Assembly: GCA_963514005.1 (NCBI GenBank) | Contig: OY740781.1 | Coordinates: 113,584,001-113,648,000 of the forward strand | Source of the DNA: Raja brachyura | Taxonomy: Eukaryota | Length of the DNA: 64,000 bases | Reading direction: 5' to 3' | Part shown: positions 63,270 to 64,000 of the stretch, in pieces | Layout of the letters: every line of letters begins with the position of its first letter | Numbering within the stretch: the stretch's first letter is position 1 | Notes under the pieces: model-generated | The model's database searches: none | Seen by the model: the letters and a program-made list of their open reading frames with translations, nothing else | What the model was told of the DNA's origin: nothing | Program-made: the position numbers and the translations under genes

Positions 63270-64000
63270 CTGTATGTAGGAAATACAGCAAGTTTATTAT
63301 TAATCTAAAATATTACGTGGAAATGTTTTCAGGGCTGTAACATGGGCTGCTACTGTGCCTAATTTGCTATCACATTTTAATCTGGTTTTATCATTCCCCT
63401 GGCCCATCTTTTTCCTCGTAGTCCATAATTCCTTTCCATATTTATCAGTACGATTAAACAGTTTCTGCATTTTTTTAATCCTTTTATATTAAATCTCTAA
63501 CATGGATAACTGTTAATCAGCAATGGTGCCTAGTTCTGTTATTCACAGATTACAAACAAAATCAATTCTGAATATATTGTGATTTACAATTTGAAACAAA
63601 CGGCAAAATGTGAACACTTTGTTATTGTGGCACTGCAGACAACATCAAAAACATCTCACGTCACCCAAATACATCTGCAATAAAAGCTTCTGACAAAGTA
63701 TACTGTAATGAGTGGAAGACAACAACAGAACATCTTTGACACTGAAAAATTCCCAAGACACTCCAAAGAAGAATTTGTCACCGAGTCACATAAGGACAGA
63801 TGGGCAAAACCTCAGTGAAGAGGAAGGTTTAAGGAATGCCTTAAAAGAACAGAGTAAGCAACTTAGGATGGGAACTCCAGAGTGTGGGGTTTGGGCAATA
63901 GAAGAGTCATTTCTACCAATAGTAAAATAATTAACATCATAAATGTTCACAAGATGAAAATTTGAGAAGCACCTATCTTTGACAGTCAAAGATCTAGATG

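Overview
Repeat-dense eukaryotic genomic DNA, most likely from a cartilaginous fish such as a skate or ray (HE1-type SINEs, CR1/HER1 LINEs, vertebrate TMEM150C-SCD5 synteny). Two host genes lie on the minus strand. SCD5 contributes its last coding exon (63079-63269) and a probable long 3'UTR. TMEM150C/Tentonin-3 contributes a putative CpG-island promoter and first exon (~40446-40630) and four coding exons (25400-25473, 9502-9555, 6500-6529, 6313-6380) that splice in frame and are missed by the ORF track; the gene runs off the left edge. Most other sequence is nested transposable elements: many CR1 LINEs, two Gypsy LTR elements (one with both LTRs, PBS, PPT and TSD), a Tc1 fragment, Penelope fragments with hammerhead motifs, an internally deleted L1/Tx1, an RTE, Rex/Babar pieces and Harbinger MITEs. 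Highlights: (1) a 3-kb non-autonomous Helitron carrying an intronless DPP3 retro-fragment; (2) a structurally near-complete DIRS1 element nested in a hAT MITE nested in a CR1; (3) two copies of an unclassified TAG...CTA TIR transposon with 7-bp TSDs, one retaining a Spin/Ssty-like Tudor coding relic; (4) a predicted exon-spanning uORF ending 2 nt before the TMEM150C start codon. All homology calls are by eye and from memory; no searches were run.
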